From an uncultured Collinsella sp. (GTDB lineage Bacteria; Actinomycetota; Coriobacteriia; Coriobacteriales; Coriobacteriaceae), in assembly GCA_900549245.1 (NCBI GenBank), contig URNQ01000001.1, forward strand, positions 1-47,907: DNA of 47,907 nt. Reading direction: 5' to 3'. Both the position numbers and the translations under genes were made by a program. Below the pieces are notes generated by a model. It was not told where the DNA came from. It did no database searches and saw only the letters and a program-made list of their open reading frames with translations. Each line of letters opens with the position of its first letter. The stretch's first letter is position 1. Shown here one piece after another: positions 24,878-34,132 of this stretch.

Positions 24878-26932
24878 ATGGCTATGCAAAAAGACATGAT
24901 GGGCCGCGCGGTCCGCGACTCGTTTGCCAAACTGGATCCTCGCGTCCAGATTCAAAACCCGGTCATGTTCCTGGTGTGGCTTTCCGCCGTCATGACCTCC
25001 GTCCTGGCCGTCGCTTCCATCTTCGGTGTGCAGGACGCGGGTGTGCCCACCTACTATGTGGTCGCCATCGCGGTCATCCTGTGGCTCACCGACCTGTTCT
25101 CGAACTTCGCCGAGGCGCTTGCCGAGGGCCGCGGTAAGGCTCAGGCCGATTCCCTGCGTGCGGCCAAGAAGGATGTCGAGGCCCATCGCATCGAGTCCGT
25201 TAAGGACAAGGAACACTTCACCGTCGTTCCCGGCACCGAGCTTACGCGCGGCGACCTGGTGATCGTACGCGCCGGCGAGCAGATTCCCGGCGATGGCGAC
25301 GTCATCGAGGGCGCTGCCTCCGTTGACGAGTCCGCCATCACCGGTGAGTCCGCCCCCGTGGTCCGCGAGGCCGGCGGCGACCGCTCTGCCGTTACCGGCG
25401 GTACCGCGGTGCTGTCCGATTGGATCATCGTCAAGATCTCCAGTGAGCCCGGCCAGAGCTTCCTGGACAAGATGATCGCGATGGTCGAGGGTGCCGCGCG
25501 CAAGAAGACCCCTAACGAGATCGCTCTGGAGATCTTCCTGGTGGCCCTCTCCATCGTCTTTATCCTGGTCACGCTGGCCCTGTATTGTTACTCCTGCTTC
25601 TCGGCCGGTCTTAACGACATGGTCAACCCCACGGCCGTGACCACGCTCGTGGCACTGCTCGTGTGCCTGGCTCCCACTACCATCGGCGCCCTTCTGTCCG
25701 CCATCGGCATCGCCGGCATGAGCCGTCTGAACGAGGCCAACGTGCTGGCCATGTCCGGCCGCGCCATCGAGGCCGCCGGCGACGTCGACATCCTCATGCT
25801 CGACAAGACCGGCACCATCACCCTGGGTAACCGCCAAGCCGCCGAGTTCATCCCGGTCGATGGCGTCGATCCCGCGGAGCTGGCCGATGCCGCCCAGCTT
25901 TCCTCGCTGGCCGACGAGACCCCCGAGGGTCGTTCCATCGTCGTGCTCGCCAAGGAGCAGTTCGGTCTGCGCGGTCGCACGCTCGAGGATAAGGGTATGG
26001 AGTTCATCCCCTTCACCGCGGCAACGCGCATGTCCGGTGTGAACTACGAGGGCAATGAGATCCGCAAGGGCGCTGCCGATTCCGTGCGCACCTATGTGGA
26101 GGCAGCTGGCGGCGTGTTCTCCCAGGAGTGCGACGAGGCCGTCGAGCGCATCGCCAAGGCCGGCGGCACCCCGCTGGTCGTGACCAAGAACTGTCGCGTG
26201 CTGGGCGTTGTGTACCTCAAGGACATCATCAAGTCCGGCGTTAAGGAGAAGTTCGCCGACCTGCGCAAGATGGGCATCAAGACCATCATGGTGACGGGCG
26301 ACAACCCGCTCACCGCCGCGGCAATCGCCGCCGAGGCCGGCGTTGACGACTTCCTGGCCGAGGCCACCCCTGAAGGCAAGCTCGAGAAGATCCGCGAGTT
26401 CCAGCGTGAGGGGCACCTGGTCGCCATGACCGGTGACGGCACCAACGACGCGCCCGCTCTGGCCCAGGCCGACGTCGCCGTGGCCATGAACACGGGCACC
26501 CAGGCTGCCAAGGAGGCCGGCAACATGGTCGACCTCGACTCCAGCCCCACCAAGCTCATCGAGGTCGTGCGTATCGGCAAGCAGCTGCTCATGACCCGCG
26601 GTTCGCTCACGACCTTCTCGGTGGCCAACGACATGGCGAAGTACTTCGCTATCATCCCGGCCCTGTTCTCGCCGATCTACCCGGGCCTTGGCGCGCTCAA
26701 CATCCTTGGTCTGGCAAGCCCGCTGTCCGCGGTTCTTTCGGCCATCATCTATAACGCGCTCGTTATCGTCGCGCTGATCCCGGCCGCGCTGAAGGGCGTT
26801 AAGTACCGCGAGGTCCCGTCCGGACAGCTGCTGACCCACAACCTGCTCGTGTGGGGTCTGGGCGGCATCGTTGCCCCGTTCGTATTCATCAAGCTCATCG
26901 ACATGCTGCTCGCGTTCTGCGGCATTATGTAA
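24878..26932 (+). CDS. kdpB: K+-transporting P-type ATPase subunit B
   Basis: [26 protein letters not shown]. Confidence 0.97.
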   Translation: MAMQKDMMGRAVRDSFAKLDPRVQIQNPVMFLVWLSAVMTSVLAVASIFGVQDAGVPTYYVVAIAVILWLTDLFSNFAEALAEGRGKAQADSLRAAKKDVEAHRIESVKDKEHFTVVPGTELTRGDLVIVRAGEQIPGDGDVIEGAASVDESAITGESAPVVREAGGDRSAVTGGTAVLSDWIIVKISSEPGQSFLDKMIAMVEGAARKKTPNEIALEIFLVALSIVFILVTLALYCYSCFSAGLNDMVNPTAVTTLVALLVCLAPTTIGALLSAIGIAGMSRLNEANVLAMSGRAIEAAGDVDILMLDKTGTITLGNRQAAEFIPVDGVDPAELADAAQLSSLADETPEGRSIVVLAKEQFGLRGRTLEDKGMEFIPFTAATRMSGVNYEGNEIRKGAADSVRTYVEAAGGVFSQECDEAVERIAKAGGTPLVVTKNCRVLGVVYLKDIIKSGVKEKFADLRKMGIKTIMVTGDNPLTAAAIAAEAGVDDFLAEATPEGKLEKIREFQREGHLVAMTGDGTNDAPALAQADVAVAMNTGTQAAKEAGNMVDLDSSPTKLIEVVRIGKQLLMTRGSLTTFSVANDMAKYFAIIPALFSPIYPGLGALNILGLASPLSAVLSAIIYNALVIVALIPAALKGVKYREVPSGQLLTHNLLVWGLGGIVAPFVFIKLIDMLLAFCGIM

Positions 26933-26944
26933 GTGGAGGTTTGT

Positions 26945-27535
26945 ATGTTCAAAGGTGTTGCATCGCGCGCACTGGGCGTGTTCGCGCTGTTTACCGTTGT
27001 CTGCGGCCTGGGCTATACGCTCGTCGTGACCGGCATCGCCCAGGTTGCGTTCCCGTACCAGGCGAACGGATCGCTCATTACGGTCGACGACAAGATCGTG
27101 GGCTCCGAGCTGATCGGCCAGAACTTCGAGGATGAGGACCACATGTGGGGCCGCATCCAGAACGTGACTATCGTCGAGGGGGAGGACGGTGGGCTCATGG
27201 CCTACGGCACCCCGTCCAATTTGTCCCCGGCGAGTGAGGAGTACCGGCAGCTTGTGGACGCGCGCGTCGAGAAGATTCGCGCCTCCAACCCCGATGCCGA
27301 TATGGACGCTGTGCCCGTCGACCTGGTGACGCGTTCCGGCTCAGGCCTCGACCCGGAGATCTCCCCCGATGCCGCCGAGTACCAGGTCCCGCGCCTGGCG
27401 AAGGCCACGGGCAAGAGCGAAGGCGAGGTGCGCGAGATCATCGCCCAGTGCACCAAGGGCCGTTTCCTCGGCGTCTTCGGCGAGCCCACGGTCAACGTGC
27501 TCAAGGTGAACCTTATGCTGGACGGCGCACTGTAG
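26945..27535 (+). CDS. kdpC: K+-transporting ATPase subunit C
   Basis: FPYQANGS, GSELIGQNF, PVDLVT.SGSGLDP, GEPTVNVLKVNL. Confidence 0.95.
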   Translation: MFKGVASRALGVFALFTVVCGLGYTLVVTGIAQVAFPYQANGSLITVDDKIVGSELIGQNFEDEDHMWGRIQNVTIVEGEDGGLMAYGTPSNLSPASEEYRQLVDARVEKIRASNPDADMDAVPVDLVTRSGSGLDPEISPDAAEYQVPRLAKATGKSEGEVREIIAQCTKGRFLGVFGEPTVNVLKVNLMLDGAL

Positions 27536-27552
27536 GTGAGGGAGTGGCGGAT

Positions 27553-27673
27553 GAGGGCATGACTGACTATCTGAGCCCTCAATTCCACTCCGCCCATCAG
27601 TTGCGGTGGAATACGGACTGTTTTGCCTGTCAAAAGTCTTATCTACTCCGTATTCCACCGCAACTTTTTTGTG
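27553..27673 (+). repeat. Direct repeat copy 2 (right of the kdp module); likely also terminates kdpFABC
   Basis: Offset 8410 bp from copy 1; perfect 19-bp hairpin arms followed by a T-tract. Confidence 0.9.
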
Positions 27674-27783
27674 AGGGTCGGGATTGAAGGTGGGGAGTGC
27701 GAGCGAGTGCGAATGCGGCGGATACTGATACGATAGGTACGTTAGCAACTGCCGCCGAGCGGCTCAAACGAAAGGAAGCCTGT

Positions 27784-29733
27784 ATGGAGTCATCTGCCTA
27801 CCCGATGCTCTTTAGCCCGATCAAGGTCGGTACGACCGAGGTCAAGAACCGCGTCTTTATGCCGCCGGTGTCCACCAACCTGGCCGATCACGGCTATGTG
27901 ACCGACGACTTGGTCGATCATTACCGTGCCCGCGCCAAGGGCGGCGTGGGCCTCATCATTACCGAGGTCGTGACGGTCGAGCCCACCTATACCTATCTGC
28001 CGGGTGACATGTGCTGCTACGACGACACGTTTATCCCCGGCTGGGAAAAGCTCGCCGCAGCCGTCCACGAGTACGGCTGCAAGATCATGCCGCAGCTCTT
28101 CCACCCCGCCTACATGGCCTTTAACATTCCGGGCACGCCGCGCCTGATCGCTCCGTCCTTTGTGGGCCCGTCCTATGCCCGCGAGGCGCCGCGCCCCATC
28201 ACGGTCGATGAGATTCACGAGCTCACGCATCAGTTTGGCGACGCTGCCGTGCGTATGCAGAAGGCCGGTGTCGATGGCGTCGAGGTCCATGCGGCGCACG
28301 CCCACGGTATGCTCGGCGGCTTTTTGACTCCGCTCTATAACAAACGCACCGACGAGTACGGCGGCTCGCTCGACGCCCGCATGCGCTTCTTGCTCGAGGT
28401 CATCGCCGAGATTCGCGAGCGCTGCGGCAAGGACTTCATCATCGACGTCCGTATCTCGGGCGATGAGTACACCGATGGCGGCCTGACCCTCAACGACATG
28501 ATCTACGTCTCGCGTCGCCTGGAGAAAGCCGGCGTCGACATGATCCACGTGTCGGGCGGTACTACCATCAAGCGCGGCTCCGCGATTCCCGCCGCCGGTA
28601 CGCAGCAGGCCTCGCATGCCGCCTGCTCGCGTGAGATCAAGAAGCATGTGAACATTCCCGTCGCCACGGTCGGCCGCATCAACGAGGCATGGATTGCCGA
28701 GGAGCTGATCGAGGACGGTGCTGCCGATATCTGCATGATGGGCCGCGCCAATCTGTGCGATGCCGAGTTCTGCAACAAGGCTGCTGCCGGCAACGCCGAC
28801 GACATCCGCCCCTGCATCGGTTGCCTGCGCTGCCTGAACGGCATCATGTTCGGCAAGCGCATCTCCTGCACCGTCAACCCGGACGTGGAGCGCGACGAGG
28901 CTGGCTACGAGCCTGCCGCCGAGGCCAAGAACGTACTCGTTGTGGGTGCTGGTCCTGCGGGTATGGAGGCAGCCTACATTGCCGCCAAGCGCGGTCATAA
29001 CGTGGTGCTCGTGGATAAACAGGACGAACCGGGTGGCGAGATGCGCATCGCGGCCGTGCCGCCGGCAAAGCAGGAGCTCACCCGCGTGATCAAGTACCAG
29101 TATCGCCGCCTGGCCGAGGCGGGCGTGAAGTGCATATTTGGCACCGAGCTTACTGCCGAGGACATTCAGCGCGACTACGCGGGTTACGAGGTTGTCCTGG
29201 CTTATGGCGCCGAGCCCATCGCTCCGGCCTTCATGCAGGGCTTTAAGCAGGTTATGACGGCCGACGACCTGCTGGGCGGCAAGGCTTTCCCGGGTAAGAA
29301 GATCGTCATCGTGGGCGGCGGCACCGTCGGTTGCGAGACGGCAGATTACCTGGCCCCGCTGGTCAACGACCTGTCGCCGGCCAACCGTGATGTCACTGTT
29401 ATCGAGATGACCAAGACGCTCGCCGCCAACGAGGGTGGTGCCGGTCGCGCGGTTCTCATCACGCGCATGCTCTCCAAGGGCGTTCACGTGCTGACCGAGG
29501 CCAAGGTGACCGAGATTACCGAGGACACTATCAGCTACGAGAAGGATGGCGAGGTCCACACCATCGCCGATGCCGATACGCTGGTGCTTGCCATGGGCTA
29601 TCGTCCCAACACCAAGTTGGCCGACGACCTTGCCGCCGCTGGCGTTGCTGTCCACGTGCTGGGCGACGCCAACAAGTGCGGCAATATCCGCGACGCCATT
29701 GGCGATGGCTACAAGGTTGCCTGCGAGCTCTAG
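27784..29733 (+). CDS. Long-type OYE family NAD(P)H:flavin oxidoreductase with Fe-S cluster (BaiCD/FadH-like architecture)
   Basis: KNRVFMPP, RAKGGVGLII, HAAHAH, NKRTDEYGGS, CIGCLRC...CTVNP, and two GxGxxG motifs. Confidence 0.9.
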   Translation: MESSAYPMLFSPIKVGTTEVKNRVFMPPVSTNLADHGYVTDDLVDHYRARAKGGVGLIITEVVTVEPTYTYLPGDMCCYDDTFIPGWEKLAAAVHEYGCKIMPQLFHPAYMAFNIPGTPRLIAPSFVGPSYAREAPRPITVDEIHELTHQFGDAAVRMQKAGVDGVEVHAAHAHGMLGGFLTPLYNKRTDEYGGSLDARMRFLLEVIAEIRERCGKDFIIDVRISGDEYTDGGLTLNDMIYVSRRLEKAGVDMIHVSGGTTIKRGSAIPAAGTQQASHAACSREIKKHVNIPVATVGRINEAWIAEELIEDGAADICMMGRANLCDAEFCNKAAAGNADDIRPCIGCLRCLNGIMFGKRISCTVNPDVERDEAGYEPAAEAKNVLVVGAGPAGMEAAYIAAKRGHNVVLVDKQDEPGGEMRIAAVPPAKQELTRVIKYQYRRLAEAGVKCIFGTELTAEDIQRDYAGYEVVLAYGAEPIAPAFMQGFKQVMTADDLLGGKAFPGKKIVIVGGGTVGCETADYLAPLVNDLSPANRDVTVIEMTKTLAANEGGAGRAVLITRMLSKGVHVLTEAKVTEITEDTISYEKDGEVHTIADADTLVLAMGYRPNTKLADDLAAAGVAVHVLGDANKCGNIRDAIGDGYKVACEL

Positions 29734-29822
29734 TCGCTCCCTTGGTGCATGGGAGTCAGGTTAGTTTGCACCAAGTTGATGCATGTAAACCTGATTCCAT
29801 TGCGCCAGTCGATAGCAAAACA

Positions 29823-29853
29823 CGGCGGCCGCCCCGTTTTGGGACGGCCGCCG
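29823..29853. terminator. Hairpin, probable bidirectional terminator
   Basis: CGGCGGCCGCCCC...GGGACGGCCGCCG, flanked by A- and T-rich runs, between convergent genes. Confidence 0.6.
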
Positions 29854-29888
29854 CTTGCGTTTTATCAAAGAAAGATCATTGTCGAGCC

Positions 29889-30040
29889 TTAAATGCCTTT
29901 TGTCTGTGCGACTTCCGCAATCATGTTGCGGTTGTACACCAGATGCAAATACATCGCGTCGTGCGCTACGGTGGGGTTGCGCGTGGCGATGGCGTCGGCC
30001 ACGCCACGGTGAGTGCGGATGGTCTCCTCGACGAGGTTGC
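29889..30040 (-). pseudogene. C-terminal (FCD) remnant of a FadR/GntR regulator
   Basis: Reads NLVEETIRTHRGVADAIATRNPTVAHDAMYLHLVYNRNMIAEVAQTKGI* (H...AI...A..AM..HL pattern). HTH missing. Confidence 0.55.
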
Positions 30041-30247
30041 CGCCATCCCAGGGCGGCTTCATGGAGTAGCGCCCGTACGCATCGAATTGCTCCTCTCATA
30101 GATGTGCGGCACAAAGAGCTCCGAGTTCATGCGAGCTCGGGGCTCGTTTCGTTTGGATTGCAGATGTATTGACAGGCGAAAACAGTCTGCGTCCGATACT
30201 GAGCCATACGAAAGCGAAATTATGCGTCTTAATTCCGTACGCAAATC

Positions 30248-30307
30248 AAGACGAAAACCGTTTACGTCTTGGATAAATCAGTACGCAAACGGTTTTCGTC
30301 TTATAAT
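30248..30307 (+). promoter_or_regulatory. Inverted-repeat operator and -10 box of the AlbA_2 ATPase gene
   Basis: Perfect 16-bp inverted repeat AAGACGAAAACCGTTT at 30248-30263 and 30287-30302, abutting TATAAT at 30302-30307. Confidence 0.65.
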
Positions 30308-30344
30308 ACGGTCATGAATAGTACGAAACGAAGAGGTTGTGCAT

Positions 30345-31598
30345 ATGGTTGTTAGAGAGAGCCCTACAGTCGAATATAAGGAAAGCGTTACGCCGACGTT
30401 TCTTAAAACGGTGAGTGCCTATGCAAACTACGGGACGGGCAAGATTGAGTTTGGCGTTGATGACGAGGGCGTGGCTGTCGGCCTTGCGGATCCGGTCGCA
30501 GAGTGTCTCCGCATCGAGAACATGATTAATGACAGCTTGGACCCCGCTCCCCGTTACACGCTCGAGCCCGATGAGAAACACGGGACCGTAATCCTTACGG
30601 TTTATGAGGGCCAGGACAAACCCTATCGAAGCAAGGGAAAGGCCTACAGGCGAAACGATTCGGCAACAGTGGAGGTCGACCGGTTTGAGTATGGCAGGCT
30701 GACGCTCGAAGGCAGCAACGTAACGTTCGACGCGCTCACGTCGGCTCGCCAGGACTTGAGTTTTCACACGCTCGAGCATAAGTGTGTTGAACATCTCGGC
30801 ATTTCTGAACTAACGTCGGATATTATGCGCACGCTTCGCTTGCTCGGCAAGGACGGCTATACCAACGCTGCGGCGATTTTGGCGGATAAGAATGATTTTC
30901 CGGGCATCGATTGCGTCCGTTTTGGTGATACCGAGGATGTGATCTTGGATCGCGAAGCGGCGACAAATGTATCCGCAATTGAGCAGGTGGACAGGGCGGT
31001 AGCTATGTTTGCACGCTACTACCGTTATGAGCGTATCGAAGGGATGGAGCGCGTCCAAACCGATCGAATTCCTCTCGAGGCGTTTCGCGAAGCTGTCGCA
31101 AATGCTTTGGTGCATCGGACGTGGGACGTTCGAGCGAACGTTCAAATTGCCCTGTACGATGATCGCGTCGTTGTGACCTCTCCTGGATCGCTGCCCGCCG
31201 GTTTGACGACGGAACAATACCTGTATGGGCAGATATCCGTGCTCAGAAACCCCATCGTTGCAGAGGCCTTCTTAAAGCTGGATTACATCGAGAAATTTGG
31301 TACGGGAATCGCGCGCATTAGACGTGCCTATCGCGATTCGATCAATCAACCAATTTTTGATGTTCGCGGCGGCATGGTGGCCGTCACATTGCCCGTTACC
31401 GATGCCCTTGAAGGGTCCGAGGAAGAGGTCCAGGTTCTCAAAGCCTTGTCGGGCGGTCGAATTATGTCGCGAAGCGAGATTGAAAAACAGACGGGGCTGA
31501 GCCGCATGCGGACGTTGGCGGCACTCGAGTCTCTGCTTGAACGGAATGCAATCGTAAGGCAGGGAACCGGGCGGGCCACGAAATACGAGCGCTCATAG
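30345..31598 (+). CDS. Schlafen/AlbA_2 + HATPase_c_4 (RecG-C-like) + wHTH protein
   Basis: ESPTVEYKE...VSAYAN..G.I.FGVDD; REAVANALVHR...SPG...RNP...IEKFGTG; C-terminal HTH ending G.GRATKY. Confidence 0.85.
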   Translation: MVVRESPTVEYKESVTPTFLKTVSAYANYGTGKIEFGVDDEGVAVGLADPVAECLRIENMINDSLDPAPRYTLEPDEKHGTVILTVYEGQDKPYRSKGKAYRRNDSATVEVDRFEYGRLTLEGSNVTFDALTSARQDLSFHTLEHKCVEHLGISELTSDIMRTLRLLGKDGYTNAAAILADKNDFPGIDCVRFGDTEDVILDREAATNVSAIEQVDRAVAMFARYYRYERIEGMERVQTDRIPLEAFREAVANALVHRTWDVRANVQIALYDDRVVVTSPGSLPAGLTTEQYLYGQISVLRNPIVAEAFLKLDYIEKFGTGIARIRRAYRDSINQPIFDVRGGMVAVTLPVTDALEGSEEEVQVLKALSGGRIMSRSEIEKQTGLSRMRTLAALESLLERNAIVRQGTGRATKYERS

Positions 31599-31620
31599 TC
31601 AAAAAGAGCCATGGTACAAG

Positions 31621-31654
31621 ACGGACTCCAAGCCAGCGTTGGCTTGGGGTCCGT
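31621..31654 (+). terminator. Hairpin after the AlbA_2 ATPase gene
   Basis: ACGGACTCCAAGCCA...TGGCTTGGGGTCCGT; weak T tail. Confidence 0.6.
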
Positions 31655-31690
31655 TATATCCCGGATGGTAACGGGCCGATTATTGTCAAG

Positions 31691-31750
31691 TTATAGCAAA
31701 GTATAGCGACGTACAGCAAAGTATAGTGAGATATAGCAAGCCGTATAGCG
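31691..31750 (+). repeat. Six degenerate 10-bp tandem repeats (consensus GTATAGCRAN)
   Basis: TTATAGCAAA GTATAGCGAC GTACAGCAAA GTATAGTGAG ATATAGCAAG (CC)GTATAGCG. Confidence 0.75.
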
Positions 31751-32124
31751 CGCCTTGATTATCAACCGTCCGTATTTCACAGCAACTTACAACAGGCTCG
31801 AGGTACCAATTTGGGGTGCAGTAGTGCTGCGCCACGAAAAGGGCCTATCTACTACGTTTAAGCCGCAGGGGTCAACCATAGTCGGCTTTTTCGAAAATCG
31901 ACAAGCTGTCTACCTGCGGTTTTGTTTTCACAGTTTTCGGTATGGCCGAGGCTATCCGTGTTAACGTAGTAGATGGGCCACTTTTGTGACAAGGGGGCCG
32001 ATCTTCGGGCCAGGGTAGCTAAAAGAGCCCCGTCCCAAAAAGACTGATTGGGAGCCGGGGCGTGTCGATGCGATAGTATTACGTGGTGAAATTCGACAAA
32101 CCGTGAGCTTCATCCGAGGGCTTT

Positions 32125-32817
32125 ATGGAACAACACCAGCATAATCAGAGCCTGCAAGACCAGGCATACAACGCATTGCGCTCCAAGATCATCTATGCCG
32201 AGCTCAAACCCGGCACGCGCCTTTCGGCGATTGGTCTGGAAAAGGAGACGGGAATCGGGCGCACGCCCATTCGCGAATCCTTTGTGCGCCTGCGTGAGCA
32301 GGAGCTGGTGGAAACGCGTCCCAAAAGCGGCACCTACGTCTCTAAGATCAGCATGGAGCGCGCCGAGAACGCCTGTTTCTTGCGCGAGAAACTCGAGCGA
32401 AGCGTACTCATTAAATGCTGCTCGGCCGCCACGTCCGAGCAAAAGCATCGGCTCGAGCAGATTCTTGCCGAGTCCGAGTCGCTCGACCATAGCGAGACGC
32501 GTCGCTTTTTTGATCTGGACAACCTGTTCCATGAGACGTGTTTCGTGATTGCCGGTCGTCACATGCTGTGGGATTGGATGAAGAGCGTCAACACGCATTT
32601 TGAGCGATACAACTGGTTGCGTATGGTGTCGCAGGATTTGGATTGGGAGCCGATTCGTCGGCAGCATCGCCGGATTCTCGAGGCCATTAAGAGGGGCGAT
32701 ACCGACGCGGCGAGCTATCTGCCAGAGACACACCTGCACCTGATGCCCGAAGAGCAAGGTCCGGTTATCGCCTTGCATCCCGACTACTTTGAGCTGCCTA
32801 AAGACTCGTCAGTCTAG
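32125..32817 (+). CDS. GntR family regulator with FCD domain
   Basis: QAYNALRSKII...LKPG...IGRTPIRES...L..QELV...PKSGTYV; LD..FH. Confidence 0.92.
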   Translation: MEQHQHNQSLQDQAYNALRSKIIYAELKPGTRLSAIGLEKETGIGRTPIRESFVRLREQELVETRPKSGTYVSKISMERAENACFLREKLERSVLIKCCSAATSEQKHRLEQILAESESLDHSETRRFFDLDNLFHETCFVIAGRHMLWDWMKSVNTHFERYNWLRMVSQDLDWEPIRRQHRRILEAIKRGDTDAASYLPETHLHLMPEEQGPVIALHPDYFELPKDSSV

Positions 32818-32940
32818 TCCATCATCGCATCTGCTCGAGGCGCAAAAACGATGCCGCTCACCTACAGCGTTTTGCAACCGAGAATGTTAAAAAATGCCTA
32901 AAATGGCTCAGACTGCCGACATTGGGAAACGGGGTGCGCT

Positions 32941-33977
32941 ATGGCGCAGATGAGAATCAGGGACATTGCCGTCGAGGCGGGCGTGAGTCCGGCCACGGTC
33001 TCGCGCTATCTCAATAACCGCCCCGGGCAGATGACCGAGGAAACCCGCGCTCGCATCGCGGCGGTTATCGAGCGCACTGGCTATCGCCCACGTGCCGCCG
33101 CACGCAATCTACGCAGCTCACGCACCAACCTCATCGGCGTGATTCTGGCCGACATCGCCAACCCGTTCTCGAGCGCAATGCTCGAAGGGCTTTCCGCCAG
33201 TGCCGCCGCGCGCGGCTGCTCGCTTATGACGGCCATTAGCGGCAACGACCCCGCCAAGGAGGCAGAGTCGCTCACCAGACTTATCGATGCCGGCGTGGAC
33301 GGCCTGGTCGTCAATACCTGCGGAGGCAACGACGAGGCGATCGCCGCGGCAGCGGGACGACTGCCCGTTGTACTGCTCGACCGCGATGTTGCCGACGGCG
33401 GCATCGACTTGGTGACGTCCAACAACCGCGAGCTGGTCGCCGGCTTGGTAGACGGCTTGGGTGGCCCTGGCCGGGGGAGGGCCCCAGCGAGCGCCTGTGC
33501 CTGCTCATCGAGGCAAGCGACGACAGCCCCGTCCATCGCGAGCGCGCCGAGGCCTTTGTCGACGAGCTTTCGCACCGCGGCCTTGCCGGCGAGGTTATCA
33601 CCTTGGCCGATGGCGGTACCACGGGCGTCGGCTGCTTGGATGAGACCATCCGCGGCTATGCAGGCAAAAAGCTCGGCCTTATCGCCGTTAACGGCCTGGT
33701 TTTCCTGCGTCTGACCGAGGCGCTAGCACAGCTGGGGCCCTCGTTGCCGGCTGGGCTCAAGATCGCGACATTTGACGATTACCCCTGGAACCACGTGCTC
33801 TTTGGCGGCGTGACCACGGCCGCGCAGGATACCCTTACCATCGCCGAGCGCGTAGTCGAGCGTCTGTCCGAGCGCATCGACGTCGTTACCACTACGGTAG
33901 GCGATGCCGCAAAGCTCGCCCCCAAGCGCATCGAGATCCCCGGCCACATCGAACACCGCGCATCGACCTTGCGCTAG
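32941..33977 (+). pseudogene. LacI family regulator, frameshifted at ~33460-33488
   Basis: IRDIAVEAGVSPATVSRYLN HTH. The LacI-like sequence resumes in another frame (ERLCLL...RERAEAF...IATFDD...HRAST). Confidence 0.8.
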
Positions 33978-34051
33978 TCGCCCGTCCGAGTCGGTCTGTT
34001 CGTGCTTGGCACCCGCCTGTTCGCACACGTTTTTTGAGCGCTTGATACGCT

Positions 34052-34085
34052 TTAACCCTGCGGAAACATTTTTCTGCGATAGTAT
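34052..34085 (+). promoter_or_regulatory. GlnR-box-like site over the -35 region of the glnA-like promoter
   Basis: TTAAC-n6-GAAAC (34052-34067) matches the actinobacterial gTnAc-n6-GaAAc unit. Putative -10 TAGTAT at 34080-34085, with no consensus -35. Confidence 0.55.
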
Positions 34086-34132
34086 CTGCGATATAGACCA
34101 GTCGAAACCCGCCCGAAAGAAAGGGGAGCGAC

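Noticed and set aside
27784..29733. Calling the OYE bilirubin reductase or BaiCD/BaiH
   Set aside because: It lacks the HGDR motif and there is no bai operon context.
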